A stretch of 64,000 nucleotides of DNA from an uncultured Candidatus Saccharibacteria bacterium (GCA_964390845.1 CAYMIL010000001.1:11307-75306), one strand, 5' to 3'. Shown: positions 8,571 through 18,256, numbered from the stretch's first letter. Made by a program: numbers and translations. The notes: generated by a model from the sequence alone, not told the origin.

Positions 8571-9242
8571 ATGGATGGTCATTCCGTCGTTGCTGACGGC
8601 GTTTCTACGCACGCACCCCACATCAAAAAGAAGGAGGTTTCTTGTGGTGCTGAAGAAGCAGTGAATGCTTTTAAGCTCTACAGCATTTCAAAGCAGGTAG
8701 AATCGTTTGCTCGCCGTGGAGTTCGGAGGGGGTGTTCTCCCTTCGACTTCGAATGTCCGCGTGGGCATGGTATGCAAGGAAACATACTTGTTCCGAGAAT
8801 TGAGTTTCTCGGACGCAACAGAGAGGAGGCTGGTGTTCGGCTTGTGCGTGTGTTTGGAACCATGCTCAAGCATCGGTTTTCGAGCGTAGACCTGCGGGGT
8901 TCGACACTCGAAGACAAGACGACGCGCGGTCTTGCTCGTGTGCAGGAGTATCACATCAATCGAAACATGCAGTTCGTGGCACTGCCGGTACGCGTAGTGG
9001 TTGCTCAGTCTGACACACGCGACGACGAATTTGGCCTCGGCCTTGTCGAGACTATGTCGTTTGTGATGACCCATGTGCCTCGGTTGTGGGCACTTTATTC
9101 TGCCATTGGCACGTTTTCGATCCCGTGTCTTGGGGAGCGATTCTTCGAATTCGTCTTCCGTGATGGCGTGGTTGAGCTCGTTGCCTGTGAGCAGAATGCA
9201 GTGCTTCAGCGTGTGCATGTGTGGGCAACATGCTGGCGGTAG
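8571..9242 (+). CDS. Hypothetical protein; start at 8571 or a coupled GTG at 8661
   Basis: Long ORF containing EFGLGLVE..MTHVPRL; followed by a strong hairpin. Confidence 0.55.
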   Translation: MDGHSVVADGVSTHAPHIKKKEVSCGAEEAVNAFKLYSISKQVESFARRGVRRGCSPFDFECPRGHGMQGNILVPRIEFLGRNREEAGVRLVRVFGTMLKHRFSSVDLRGSTLEDKTTRGLARVQEYHINRNMQFVALPVRVVVAQSDTRDDEFGLGLVETMSFVMTHVPRLWALYSAIGTFSIPCLGERFFEFVFRDGVVELVACEQNAVLQRVHVWATCWR

Positions 9243-9263
9243 CGCGAGGGCTGTTCGTTGGAT

Positions 9264-9310
9264 AAAAAGGGGCCGGACGCGTTGCGCGTCCGGCCCTCTT
9301 CTTCTTTTTT
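9264..9310. terminator. Bidirectional intrinsic terminator
   Basis: 12-bp stem GGGCCGGACGCG/CGCGTCCGGCCC with an A-run on the left and T-rich tail on the right, between convergent genes. Confidence 0.85.
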
Positions 9311-10010
9311 ATAACCCCACCCCTTTCAAAAATTCTTTGAGTTCTTCACCTCGAACCTCTCGATATCCACCTTCCGGCGCACCTGAGAGTGTAAGGTTCA
9401 TCACTCGAGTTCGTTGCAAATCGGTAACATCATTAAAAAGTGCAACAACCATGCGTCGAATCTGATGCTTCTTTCCTTCGGTGAGCGTAATACGAAATGC
9501 GTGATCGTTGAGAATCTGTACCTTGCATGGTTTGGTGATGTGGTCGCCGATGTCTACGCCACCTTCCATTTTTTGTTTAAAATTTTTCCTAATTTTTTCT
9601 CGAGTTCGCACAAGGTATTCTTTTTCGTGCGCGCTATCTGGGTTGAGGAGGCGGTCTGTTACACGGCCATCGTTGGTAAGAATAAGAAGACCGCGTGAGT
9701 TTTTGTCGAGACGACCAACAGGAAATACATCACGCAAGCCCGAGGCCGTTCGTGCATCACGCTCACCCATTTGTGGGGAATGAGTGATAACACCCTTTGG
9801 TTTGTTGTATACGTAATATCTGTACTGCACAGGACCTGTCTTTCCGAGGCGCACCTCGACGACGTCTCGTTCTTGAACCTTGTCACCAAGTTGGGCGAGC
9901 TTGCCATTGATGAACACCTTCTTACGTTCAATAAGCTCGTCTGCGCCACGGCGTGTCGAGTATTTTTTGAGAGCGAGATATTTGTTTATTCGAATCGGGT
10001 ATTCCTCCAT
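9309..10010 (-). CDS. rRNA pseudouridine synthase, RsuA/RluB/RluF family
   Basis: S4 domain, VGRLDKNSRGL, EGKKHQIRRM. Confidence 0.93.
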   Translation of the reverse strand: MEEYPIRINKYLALKKYSTRRGADELIERKKVFINGKLAQLGDKVQERDVVEVRLGKTGPVQYRYYVYNKPKGVITHSPQMGERDARTASGLRDVFPVGRLDKNSRGLLILTNDGRVTDRLLNPDSAHEKEYLVRTREKIRKNFKQKMEGGVDIGDHITKPCKVQILNDHAFRITLTEGKKHQIRRMVVALFNDVTDLQRTRVMNLTLSGAPEGGYREVRGEELKEFLKGVGL

Positions 10011-10110
10011 GTGATGGCAAAACTATACTTCATAAAATATATTTTGTCAAAACACAGTACAAGACTTTTTTGCTATACTCTATACATTACTCATTAGAGA
10101 TTGTAATCGT

Positions 10111-10473
10111 ATGGGAATCGAATCTATATTGTTTTTGATTGGTCGAGCTGTTTTTGGAGGATATTTTCTCTTTAATGCGTACAACCATCTTGTGCATACA
10201 AAGCACCTTGCGGGGTACGCGCAGTTTAAGGGTGTGCCATCTCCGATGTTTGCTATCTTTGGCTCAGGTCTTTTACTCCTCATTGGTGGTCTTTCATATC
10301 TCACGGGTAGTTATATGCAATGGGGTGGCATCGCACTGCTCGCATTTCTCGTTCCGGTAACATTCAAGATGCACGCATTTTGGAAAGAGCAGGATCCACA
10401 ACAAAGAATGACAGAACGTGTCGCGTTTCTGAAAAATATTGCGCTTATGGCGGCGGTGCTTATGACATTCTAA
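10111..10473 (+). CDS. DoxX family protein
   Basis: LIGR..GGYF, MHAFW, FLKNIAL motifs. Confidence 0.85.
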   Translation: MGIESILFLIGRAVFGGYFLFNAYNHLVHTKHLAGYAQFKGVPSPMFAIFGSGLLLLIGGLSYLTGSYMQWGGIALLAFLVPVTFKMHAFWKEQDPQQRMTERVAFLKNIALMAAVLMTF

Positions 10474-10491
10474 CTGTGTGCAGTTGTAAAT

Positions 10492-11088
10492 ATGAACGAT
10501 TTTGGTTTTTCTTCAAAAACACCGGCATACGATCCCAACAAACCCCGCAACCGAGCCGACTATCTGAAGTGGCTTACGGATGAGGAGGTAAAAAAATATC
10601 TTGCAGAACGCAAGCTCAATTATGGCGTTATGATCGTCAATATTTTGTATGACAACAACGCCGGCAATATTGTGCGGAGTGCAAATGCATTTGGTGCAAA
10701 GGAAATTATTCTCTATGGCCATAAAACATTCGATCGACGTGCGAGTGTTGGCGCGGAGTTTTACGAGCATTTTCGGCACATAAAGTTTGTCGAAGACATT
10801 GATGCTGTATGCGCGGAATACGATGTGATTGTTGCTGTAGAAAATGGCGCACATCTACCGCAAGAAAAAGTTTCATCCCTTGCAGATTTCGCGTGGGATT
10901 CTTCGAAAAAGACTTTGATTATTTTTGGTCAGGAAAGTGGGGGAATACCAACAGAGATATTAAATAAGTGTCATCATGTTGTTGAGATACGACAGTTTGG
11001 TAGCGTCCGCTCTCTCAATGTTGCGGTTGCTGCAGGTATTGTGATGAATGATTACTGTACGAAGACTGCGCAGGGTGCTATAGTGTAA
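10492..11088 (+). CDS. SpoU/TrmH family RNA methyltransferase
   Basis: NAGNIVRSANAFG, FGQESGGI, SLNVAVAAGI. Confidence 0.92.
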   Translation: MNDFGFSSKTPAYDPNKPRNRADYLKWLTDEEVKKYLAERKLNYGVMIVNILYDNNAGNIVRSANAFGAKEIILYGHKTFDRRASVGAEFYEHFRHIKFVEDIDAVCAEYDVIVAVENGAHLPQEKVSSLADFAWDSSKKTLIIFGQESGGIPTEILNKCHHVVEIRQFGSVRSLNVAVAAGIVMNDYCTKTAQGAIV

Positions 11089-11122
11089 GCACTGTACTAC
11101 TTCACGATGCAACGTTGTCATC

Positions 11123-12265
11123 GTGTCTGTCATAGAAATCGTCAACACACTCCTCGAGCGCGCGAGGCTCTCATGTGCATCCGATATACATCTTCAGCCT
11201 ACACACCACAATGTGCGTGTGCGTTTTCGTGTTGATGGCGTGTTGCGCGACGAAGATACTCTCGACATACAGACGTATCCGGAAATTGTGTCGAGAATAA
11301 AAATTCTTTCGCACCTGCGTACTGATGAAAGAAATGCTCCTCAAGATGGTCGTTTTTCCTATGGCGGAGGAGATGTGCGAGTGTCATGTGTGCCATCGCA
11401 TCATGGTGAGTGTGTGGTGCTGAGATTACTTATGTATACGATGGGTAATTGTTCGTTGGAAAGCATGGGTTTTTCAGAAGGTGATGTGCAAAAGATATAC
11501 AGGGCACTTCAAAAACAGTGGGGTATGGTGCTTGTTACAGGTCCAACGGGTTCCGGAAAAACAACAACACTTTATTCACTTGCAAAAATTCTCAACAAAC
11601 CAGATGTTTCGATTGTAACAATCGAGGATCCGGTCGAATATGCGGTGGATGGAATGAAACAGATCAATATCAATCCGCGTAGTGGTCTTACGTTTGCACA
11701 TGGACTTCGTTCGGTGCTGCGGCAAGATCCAGACATTATCATGGTCGGCGAAATTCGAGATACAGAAACTGCACACATCGCAACGCATACAGCACTGACG
11801 GGGCACATGTTGTTGTCTACGCTACATACTGTCGATGCATCTTCTGCAATACCTAGGCTCGTCGATATGGGCGTTGAACCGTTTCTGATTTCCTCGACAC
11901 TTACAATGGTGATTGCTCAAAGACTTGTACGAAAAATATGTCCACAGTGCAAAACGACGCGAACACTTTCTCAAGCACAACGCAATGCACTGATGGGTGC
12001 ATACGGTTGGGAGATATCGTCTGTATATTATGGCGCAGGATGTGACGTGTGTGGACGCTGCGGCTTTGTTGGGCGTGAGGTGCTCGCTGAGATTCTTGAG
12101 GTGGATCAACACATACGAGATGTGATTGTGCATTCCCACGATGCGTCACACGTTCGTGCCGTTGCGCGTGAACATGGCATGGTCTCGATAGCGTCTCAGG
12201 GATTGGGCAAGATTATGCAGGGAGTCACGACACTTGAAGAGGTGCTTGAGCTTCTTCACGAATAA
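11123..12265 (+). CDS. Type IV pilus/T2SS assembly ATPase (PilB/GspE family, no N-terminal extension)
   Basis: ASDIH, GPTGSGKTT, TIEDPVE, LRQDPDIIMVGEIRD, tetra-Cys motif. Confidence 0.93.
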   Translation: MSVIEIVNTLLERARLSCASDIHLQPTHHNVRVRFRVDGVLRDEDTLDIQTYPEIVSRIKILSHLRTDERNAPQDGRFSYGGGDVRVSCVPSHHGECVVLRLLMYTMGNCSLESMGFSEGDVQKIYRALQKQWGMVLVTGPTGSGKTTTLYSLAKILNKPDVSIVTIEDPVEYAVDGMKQININPRSGLTFAHGLRSVLRQDPDIIMVGEIRDTETAHIATHTALTGHMLLSTLHTVDASSAIPRLVDMGVEPFLISSTLTMVIAQRLVRKICPQCKTTRTLSQAQRNALMGAYGWEISSVYYGAGCDVCGRCGFVGREVLAEILEVDQHIRDVIVHSHDASHVRAVAREHGMVSIASQGLGKIMQGVTTLEEVLELLHE

Positions 12266-12269
12266 ACAG

Positions 12270-13313
12270 ATGAGTGGTCTCAAAAAACAAGCGCACATGA
12301 TGTCTCGGATGGCGTTTCTTATGCGTGCGGATATGTCTGTCATAGAAAGCATACGGCTTTTGTGTGATCAGGCTCGATCACCTCGAGAGCGTAGGTTATT
12401 TGAAGCGCTTATATCGGGTGTTGCACGCGGAGACGCATTCAGCGATTGTCTTACATCTATACAACCACCATTTGATACTCTTGCGATTTCTATGATTCGC
12501 ACCGGTGAACGTACGGGAACACTTGCGCATACATTGTTTCTTGTCGCCGAAGAGCTTACCAAGCGAGAACGTCTTCGAAGAAAAATGACGTCCGCATTTC
12601 TGTATCCAGTGTGTATTGCTGTTGCAACGCTTGGTATTGCGGGAACAATTGTTCTCTATGTACTCCCTAAAATTACGCCGATTTTTTCTGGTATGGGAAA
12701 AGAGTTGCCATTCACAACCCGAACACTGATTGCAATTCACCATATTCTGCAGATCTACTGGGTGTGGTTTGTGCTCGTTGTGGCGATGTTGTGCGTGACA
12801 TCGTGGTATGTTTGGAGCAAGACAAAACGCGCACGCATGGTAGTGGAGCAAGTGCTTGTGCGTGTACCACTGTGTGGCGGTATCCTGCGTCGATATGAAA
12901 TTATCAGAGCGTGTCGGACAATCAGTACAATGCTTTCCGCCACAATTCCTATAGAAAAAGTTTTTTATGCGACAGCAGAAAGCGCATCCTTTGTATTGTA
13001 CGCAGAAGTGTACAAGCATGCTGCGCTTCGCGTAACGTCTGGTGCGCCACTGTATGTAGCACTAGCTGATTATGCATATGTATTTCCAGATATGGTGGTG
13101 CCCATGGTGCGCGTCGGTGAATCCTCTGGAAGTCTGCGTGATGTCTGCGTGCACCTCGCTGATCTATATGAAAAAGAGCTCGACGATATTGTTAAAAATC
13201 TTTCGAGCGTGATTGAGCCGGTGCTTATGGTGGTGATGGGTCTTCTCGTGGGTTTTATTGCAATTTCTATTATTAGTCCTATATATGGGATCACACAACA
13301 GCTTAGGCGGTAG
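12270..13313 (+). CDS. Type IV pilus/T2SS platform protein (PilC/GspF family)
   Basis: GERTGTL, SAFLYP, VGESSGSL, VIEPVLM. Confidence 0.9.
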   Translation: MSGLKKQAHMMSRMAFLMRADMSVIESIRLLCDQARSPRERRLFEALISGVARGDAFSDCLTSIQPPFDTLAISMIRTGERTGTLAHTLFLVAEELTKRERLRRKMTSAFLYPVCIAVATLGIAGTIVLYVLPKITPIFSGMGKELPFTTRTLIAIHHILQIYWVWFVLVVAMLCVTSWYVWSKTKRARMVVEQVLVRVPLCGGILRRYEIIRACRTISTMLSATIPIEKVFYATAESASFVLYAEVYKHAALRVTSGAPLYVALADYAYVFPDMVVPMVRVGESSGSLRDVCVHLADLYEKELDDIVKNLSSVIEPVLMVVMGLLVGFIAISIISPIYGITQQLRR

Positions 13314-13320
13314 GGCATTT

Positions 13321-13749
13321 ATGGTGGAGGGCTTTACTCTTATAGAAGTGCTTGTCGTTCTTGCAATAACAAGCATGTTGTTTTTATGCGCGCCATTTTT
13401 AGATATTTCTGCTGTCGTACATACGTCTCCGCGTGATGAGGCACGTATCTTTTCACATGCGCTCCACGTGGCGAGAACTGCTTCACTAAACGGTATCAAT
13501 AATGATGCGCATGGCGTGCACGTTGGAGATGGTGTCTTTGTTGTGTTTTCTGGTAGCCAGTATCGTGAAGGTGTAGATGTAGATATTGAGTTCCCAAGAA
13601 ATATGTCTATAGATGTAGAGCCGTCAAACATTGATACTGTATTTGAAAAAGGAACAGCAGTGCATGGTAAACGTACTGTTGTGATGTTTGGTCACGGTGA
13701 ACATGCTGTGGCTGTAACGATTGGCTATGAAGGAGGAATTGATTTTTAA
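13321..13749 (+). CDS. Prepilin (minor pilin)
   Basis: GFTLIEVLVVLAI class III signal. Confidence 0.85.
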   Translation: MVEGFTLIEVLVVLAITSMLFLCAPFLDISAVVHTSPRDEARIFSHALHVARTASLNGINNDAHGVHVGDGVFVVFSGSQYREGVDVDIEFPRNMSIDVEPSNIDTVFEKGTAVHGKRTVVMFGHGEHAVAVTIGYEGGIDF

Positions 13750-15118
13750 ACATCGAGGATTTTCGACACTGGAAATTATTATCGCGGTGGCGATTGTGTT
13801 GATTGCGCTCGCTGTGGCGGCGAGCGCTCTCTTTTCTGTAGACCTATCTACACTCGGCGGCGAGCTATCCCTTGCCTCAGTCTCTACGCTTGAAAAATAT
13901 TTTATAGAAATTTCACAATCTTCGAATGATACTGTCTCAGTGGGCACAGATATTACACAGTGTATACAAAGGGTACACATAGAAGATGTGGGGCTTATAC
14001 GTGGTATTCCTCGCGCGGTATCCGCTGAGTTTCTTGTTGTCGATACACATTTCCCTGAGCAAATTAAGGAAAGTTGTTATGCTCCCGAACCACACGCGCA
14101 AGATTGGGCTGAGTATTCGGTGCAGTCTTTTTTGCTGTCAGATGTTGTGCACCAAGAAACGATTACTGATATTGATGTCGTGTCTGGTATCGCGTACATA
14201 TCTCTCACAAGTGATAGTCCCACAAGCACAGATTTGATTGTATTTGATACCGAGCAGGGTTCTGTGATTTCATCAACTGATATTGGGAAAGGAATTGTCG
14301 CACTTGATGCAATACAAGGTTATGTGTTTACTGCAAATGAAAGCTCAACAACACAGCTCTCTGTTATTCGTACAGACACACTAGAGCATCCCACTGTTGT
14401 AGCGGAGCGCGGCTTGCAAGGTGTCGACCCATACGGCTCTTTTCCGTATGGTAGAAGCGTTACGTATGTTGACGGTATCGTCTATGTTGGTACACGAGAA
14501 ACAGCTGGACCAGAATTTCACATGTTTGACGTGCACAACCTCGAGTCTCCCTATGAGGTTAGTTTTCTTGAGTTATCTCATAATGTTCACGATATCTCTG
14601 CAAAAAATGGCTTTGCATATCTTGCAACATCTGCGGACACAAAAGAAATTATCATTCTTGATGTACATGACCCATGGACGATACATGAAGTCGGGTCATT
14701 TAACGCAGGCACAAGCGCGAGTGCGGATAGGGATGCAATGAGTGAGTATCTCATTGGCACAACACTCTATGCTGGTCGTCGGCGCGGTAACGCGCAGACT
14801 CGAGAGTTGTATGCGATAGACATGGCTTCTTCAACGGCACCGTTGGAACGTTTTTCCGTGCGTGTACCACTTTCTGGTACAACACATATCAGTGGGCTCA
14901 TCGCGCAGGGAAATGTGCTGTTTGTATCGAGTACAGATCCAGCGTACGGTTTTAGTGTGTATGACATGTCAGATGTTGGGAATGTACGACGTTTAGAGAC
15001 TACCGTGTTTGCTGAAGCTATCGATGCACTTGATAGTGAAAATGGAGTGGTCTATGGTGTGAGTAATTCTAAAAAGAGTATCTATGTATTCAAACCATCG
15101 AGGGTTTACGCTCATTGA
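13727..15118 (+). CDS. Large prepilin-like protein with LVIVD-type beta-propeller repeats
   Basis: GFSTLEIIIAV; repeated units such as GFAYLAT..IIILDVHDP. Confidence 0.75.
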   Translation: MKEELIFKHRGFSTLEIIIAVAIVLIALAVAASALFSVDLSTLGGELSLASVSTLEKYFIEISQSSNDTVSVGTDITQCIQRVHIEDVGLIRGIPRAVSAEFLVVDTHFPEQIKESCYAPEPHAQDWAEYSVQSFLLSDVVHQETITDIDVVSGIAYISLTSDSPTSTDLIVFDTEQGSVISSTDIGKGIVALDAIQGYVFTANESSTTQLSVIRTDTLEHPTVVAERGLQGVDPYGSFPYGRSVTYVDGIVYVGTRETAGPEFHMFDVHNLESPYEVSFLELSHNVHDISAKNGFAYLATSADTKEIIILDVHDPWTIHEVGSFNAGTSASADRDAMSEYLIGTTLYAGRRRGNAQTRELYAIDMASSTAPLERFSVRVPLSGTTHISGLIAQGNVLFVSSTDPAYGFSVYDMSDVGNVRRLETTVFAEAIDALDSENGVVYGVSNSKKSIYVFKPSRVYAH

Positions 15119-15545
15119 GGTACTCATCTATATCGGTTTGCTGTCTGTCATACTTTCCGGCGTTTTTGTGACAGCTGTATATCTTATTGAGTACGGCGAT
15201 GCGCGTACTCGGAAGATTGAAACCTTGGAGGATAGTCAATTCGTGATAGAAAAAATACAATCTTTTCAAAATTTTGGTTTTGACGTGGTGGAGCCAGCGG
15301 TTGGTGCAACAAGCTCAAAGCTTATTCTCGAGCGTGGAGATGAGCGTGTGAGTGTGTACGCAAGCACTGGTGCTGTGTTACTGCAGAGAAATGATGGTCT
15401 ACCAGAAGCGCTTACGCGACGTGGTCTGTTTGTTCATGCATCGAGTACGCTCGAATTTTCTTTTCTTGAAGAGGGTGGTGTGTTTGTGTATTTATTCATG
15501 AATGGTTTGTTATCTACTACACATATATGGATGTATGGCGTATAA
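15084..15545 (+). CDS. Prepilin (PilW/GspJ-like)
   Basis: RGFTLIEVLIYIGLL. Confidence 0.85.
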   Translation: MYSNHRGFTLIEVLIYIGLLSVILSGVFVTAVYLIEYGDARTRKIETLEDSQFVIEKIQSFQNFGFDVVEPAVGATSSKLILERGDERVSVYASTGAVLLQRNDGLPEALTRRGLFVHASSTLEFSFLEEGGVFVYLFMNGLLSTTHIWMYGV

Positions 15546-15916
15546 GACAGGGGGGTTATATTGCAGTAATGTCGGCAGTAGTGCTGTCGGTGGTATTAAT
15601 GGCGCTGTCCGTGCGTCTATCTGTTGCAGGTCTTTCGACGAAGTGGGCTAGTGTGTACCATGAAGGGCGCGCACGCGCTCAATTTCTCGTGTATTCGTGC
15701 ATTGATGTCGCGAGGCTATTTGTCGCTCAACATAGTTCTTATGGTGACGTGTACACCGTGCCGGTGGGAGACGAGGAGTGCACAATAGCGTTTGTGCAAA
15801 GAGATGGCCAGTATATTGTGGTGGATAGTTCGGCACAGGTCTCAGAGAGTCTTTTGGGTGTACGAGTTTCTATCGACACCCATTCTCCCACCTATGAGTG
15901 GCATATCGTGCGCTGA
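15527..15916 (+). CDS. PilX/GspK-like minor pilin
   Basis: QGGYIAVMSAVVL lacking Glu5; last gene of the pilin cluster. Confidence 0.65.
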   Translation: MDVWRIRQGGYIAVMSAVVLSVVLMALSVRLSVAGLSTKWASVYHEGRARAQFLVYSCIDVARLFVAQHSSYGDVYTVPVGDEECTIAFVQRDGQYIVVDSSAQVSESLLGVRVSIDTHSPTYEWHIVR

Positions 15917-15935
15917 GTTTGATACAATACACAAC

Positions 15936-17177
15936 ATGAAGAAACAGAAAATCGTGATTCTCGGAGGTGGTTTTGGAGGTGTGTACTCGTACTTGTCGTT
16001 AAGAAAGTATCTTGGTCGCAATGAGGCTGAGGTTGTGTTTATCAGTAAGACAAACTATTTTCTGTTTACGCCACTTCTCCATGAGGTTGCAACTGGCGGG
16101 CTTGATGATGAAGAGGTTGTTGAGTCTATACGAAGTATTTCATACAAAACAGGCGCGGACGTCATGGTTGCTGATGTTGTGGGTGTCGATACGGAGCGTC
16201 GTGTTGTACGCACGTCTTCTGGAGACGTCTCATACGACTACCTCGTTGTTGCTCTTGGTGGTACGACAAATTTCTACAATATTCCCGGTGCGCAAGAACA
16301 TGCTTTGGTACTTAAAGATTTAGCAAATGCAGTCGATATTCGCAATCGATTCATTTCTACATTTGAAGAGGCATCCCATATTGAAAATGCAGAGACAAGA
16401 AAAAAGATGTTAAGTTTTGTAGTGGTAGGTGGTGGTCCTACGGGCGTAGAGCTTGTTGCAGAAATGGCAGATCTCTTTTTCAATGCGTTTCGTAAATATT
16501 ACAAAGGACATATCTGTGCGGGAGACGTATCTATTCACCTCATAAACAAAGGGCCAGAATTGCTCCCAATGTTTGATCCAGTGTTGCGGGCGCGCACACT
16601 CAGCGTACTTCGCGCAAAGGGTGTCGATGTGTTACTCAACAAAGATGTGTCGGAGGTTACAAAGCAAAGTGTGCGTTTGGCGGACGGTGAAGTGATTCCC
16701 GCATCGCATGTGTTGTGGGCTGCTGGCGTGATGCCTCAGCCTCTTGAGTTTGATAGAGAGGTCGAGCGTGACCGTGGAGGTCGGATTATTGTTGATGAAT
16801 TTTTGCGTGTAAAAAATACTGACACATTGTTTGCACTTGGAGATATTGCATCCTACACGCCAGATGCGGGAATGCCTCTACCAATGCTTGCGCAGGTTGC
16901 TGTTCAGCAGGGCGCTATTGTGGGGAAAAATATTGCCGCACATATACGGGGTCAACGTCTCTCACGCTTTACATATCACTCACGAGGAAGTCTTGTGTCA
17001 CTTGGTAAATGGCAGGCAGTAGGTAAGGTGTTTGGAACACTCTGGACGGGGCCACTTGGTTGGTGGATGTGGCGTACAGTCTATCTCTTCAATTTTGCAT
17101 CGTGGCCGAAGCGTATCAAGATTGCCGTTGATTGGACGATACACCTCTTTTACCCTCGAGATATTACAAAGGCATAA
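15936..17177 (+). CDS. ndh: Type II NADH dehydrogenase (NDH-2)
   Basis: GGGFGG, FTPLLHEVATG, GGGPTGVE, AQVAVQQG, C-terminal amphipathic helices. Confidence 0.9.
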   Translation: MKKQKIVILGGGFGGVYSYLSLRKYLGRNEAEVVFISKTNYFLFTPLLHEVATGGLDDEEVVESIRSISYKTGADVMVADVVGVDTERRVVRTSSGDVSYDYLVVALGGTTNFYNIPGAQEHALVLKDLANAVDIRNRFISTFEEASHIENAETRKKMLSFVVVGGGPTGVELVAEMADLFFNAFRKYYKGHICAGDVSIHLINKGPELLPMFDPVLRARTLSVLRAKGVDVLLNKDVSEVTKQSVRLADGEVIPASHVLWAAGVMPQPLEFDREVERDRGGRIIVDEFLRVKNTDTLFALGDIASYTPDAGMPLPMLAQVAVQQGAIVGKNIAAHIRGQRLSRFTYHSRGSLVSLGKWQAVGKVFGTLWTGPLGWWMWRTVYLFNFASWPKRIKIAVDWTIHLFYPRDITKA

Positions 17178-17181
17178 CCCA

Positions 17182-17210
17182 TTGCGTCTTTAATATTTGT
17201 GTTGTACGAT
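17182..17210 (+). promoter_or_regulatory. Sigma70-type promoter of the orphan at 17326
   Basis: TTGCGT-N17-TACGAT starting 5 nt after the ndh stop. Confidence 0.55.
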
Positions 17211-17325
17211 ATTTCTTGGTAGTTCATCGTTGTGTTTTCGCGTTGGATTCCACTGTGCGTGTCCCTATGGATGGGGCTGCCTGTGCCCGACAGTTTTCGG
17301 GTAACATCGCGTTTGGAGAATTGTC

Positions 17326-17838
17326 TTGACCTCTTACCTCGAACACTACAAGAAGAAGTTGGCTCGCGATCGCAGCAGTCCTGCGATGCGACAGGCGCGG
17401 CGTCCGACCGGAGCTCCTCTCATCATCCCCGATGACGAGCAGAAGCGTCTGGATCGGATCAAGAAGCGCCGCGCTGCTGAGATCGCCGCGCGTAAGCGCA
17501 AGCTTGAGAAGCCGGACCCGCCTCCGCGCGAGCTCGGGTGGATGCGCTTCGTGCGCTACGTTGTCGATGGGAAGGAGATGTACTGGCCTTCTGGCGGCCC
17601 TGTGTGGGTTGCGTATCAGGACAACACGATGTTCGTCCTGCCGGAGGGCTGTCTGCTCTTTCACGGTCGCAACGTTGAGGATTTCGAGATTGAGTGCCGT
17701 GAGGGTGCTCGGGTTGAGCTCCCGTCGCTTCCCAACGTCGCGCCCGTGTCCGCAATGACTGCCGGACCCAAGGATTTCCGTGTCGTCGTGGAGGAATTCA
17801 CCATGCCCAAGGCAAGCAAGAAGCGTGTCGCGGCCTAG
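17326..17838 (+). CDS. Orphan GC-rich protein with basic N-terminus
   Basis: GGAG before TTG; strong GC3 bias; ends KKRVAA; terminator follows. Confidence 0.65.
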   Translation: MTSYLEHYKKKLARDRSSPAMRQARRPTGAPLIIPDDEQKRLDRIKKRRAAEIAARKRKLEKPDPPPRELGWMRFVRYVVDGKEMYWPSGGPVWVAYQDNTMFVLPEGCLLFHGRNVEDFEIECREGARVELPSLPNVAPVSAMTAGPKDFRVVVEEFTMPKASKKRVAA

Positions 17839-17872
17839 GCTGGGCATCAACAAGCGCAGAAAACACAATCCC

Positions 17873-17909
17873 TGGGGAGTTGGCTTACGCCGACTCCCCA
17901 CATTTTTTT
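17873..17909 (+). terminator. Intrinsic terminator
   Basis: GGGGAGTTGGC-TTAC-GCCGACTCCCC stem followed by T7. Confidence 0.85.
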
Positions 17910-18256
17910 CTATACAAAGCGTCTATTTTTTCAGCAAGAATAAAATCGTTTTCAGAAAGACTGTTGAGTGAGTGGGTGTAGAGGGTAAGTGTGACTTTGT
18001 TCCAGTCGTGCAGAGAGATGTTGGGGTGGTGCCCTTCAGCTTCTGCGATTGCACCAACATCATTTACAAAACCGAGTGCTTCAGAAAAATCTTTGAATTT
18101 TAATGTTTTTTCAATTCGAATATCGTCAATAAGGCTCCATTGGTTGAGCCCCTCTTTTAAATTCATCGCCGCTTCGATATCCAGAGCACCGTCCGCGTCT
18201 TCACAGGGTACACAATGTTTTTCTTCTCGTCGTTGAGAATTATTCTTTTCCGTCAT
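17885..18256 (-). CDS. Pterin-4-alpha-carbinolamine dehydratase family protein
   Basis: CVPCE, AEAEGHHPNI, YTHS..LSENDFILA. Confidence 0.9.
   Translation of the reverse strand: MTEKNNSQRREEKHCVPCEDADGALDIEAAMNLKEGLNQWSLIDDIRIEKTLKFKDFSEALGFVNDVGAIAEAEGHHPNISLHDWNKVTLTLYTHSLNSLSENDFILAEKIDALYRKKCGESA

Noticed and set aside
17224-17901. Long antisense or alternative ORFs over GC-rich cassettes (also 4203-4745, 30986-31678, 61188-61661)
   Set aside because: Expected shadow ORFs of GC-rich coding sequence; SD, promoter and terminator orientation support the opposite strand
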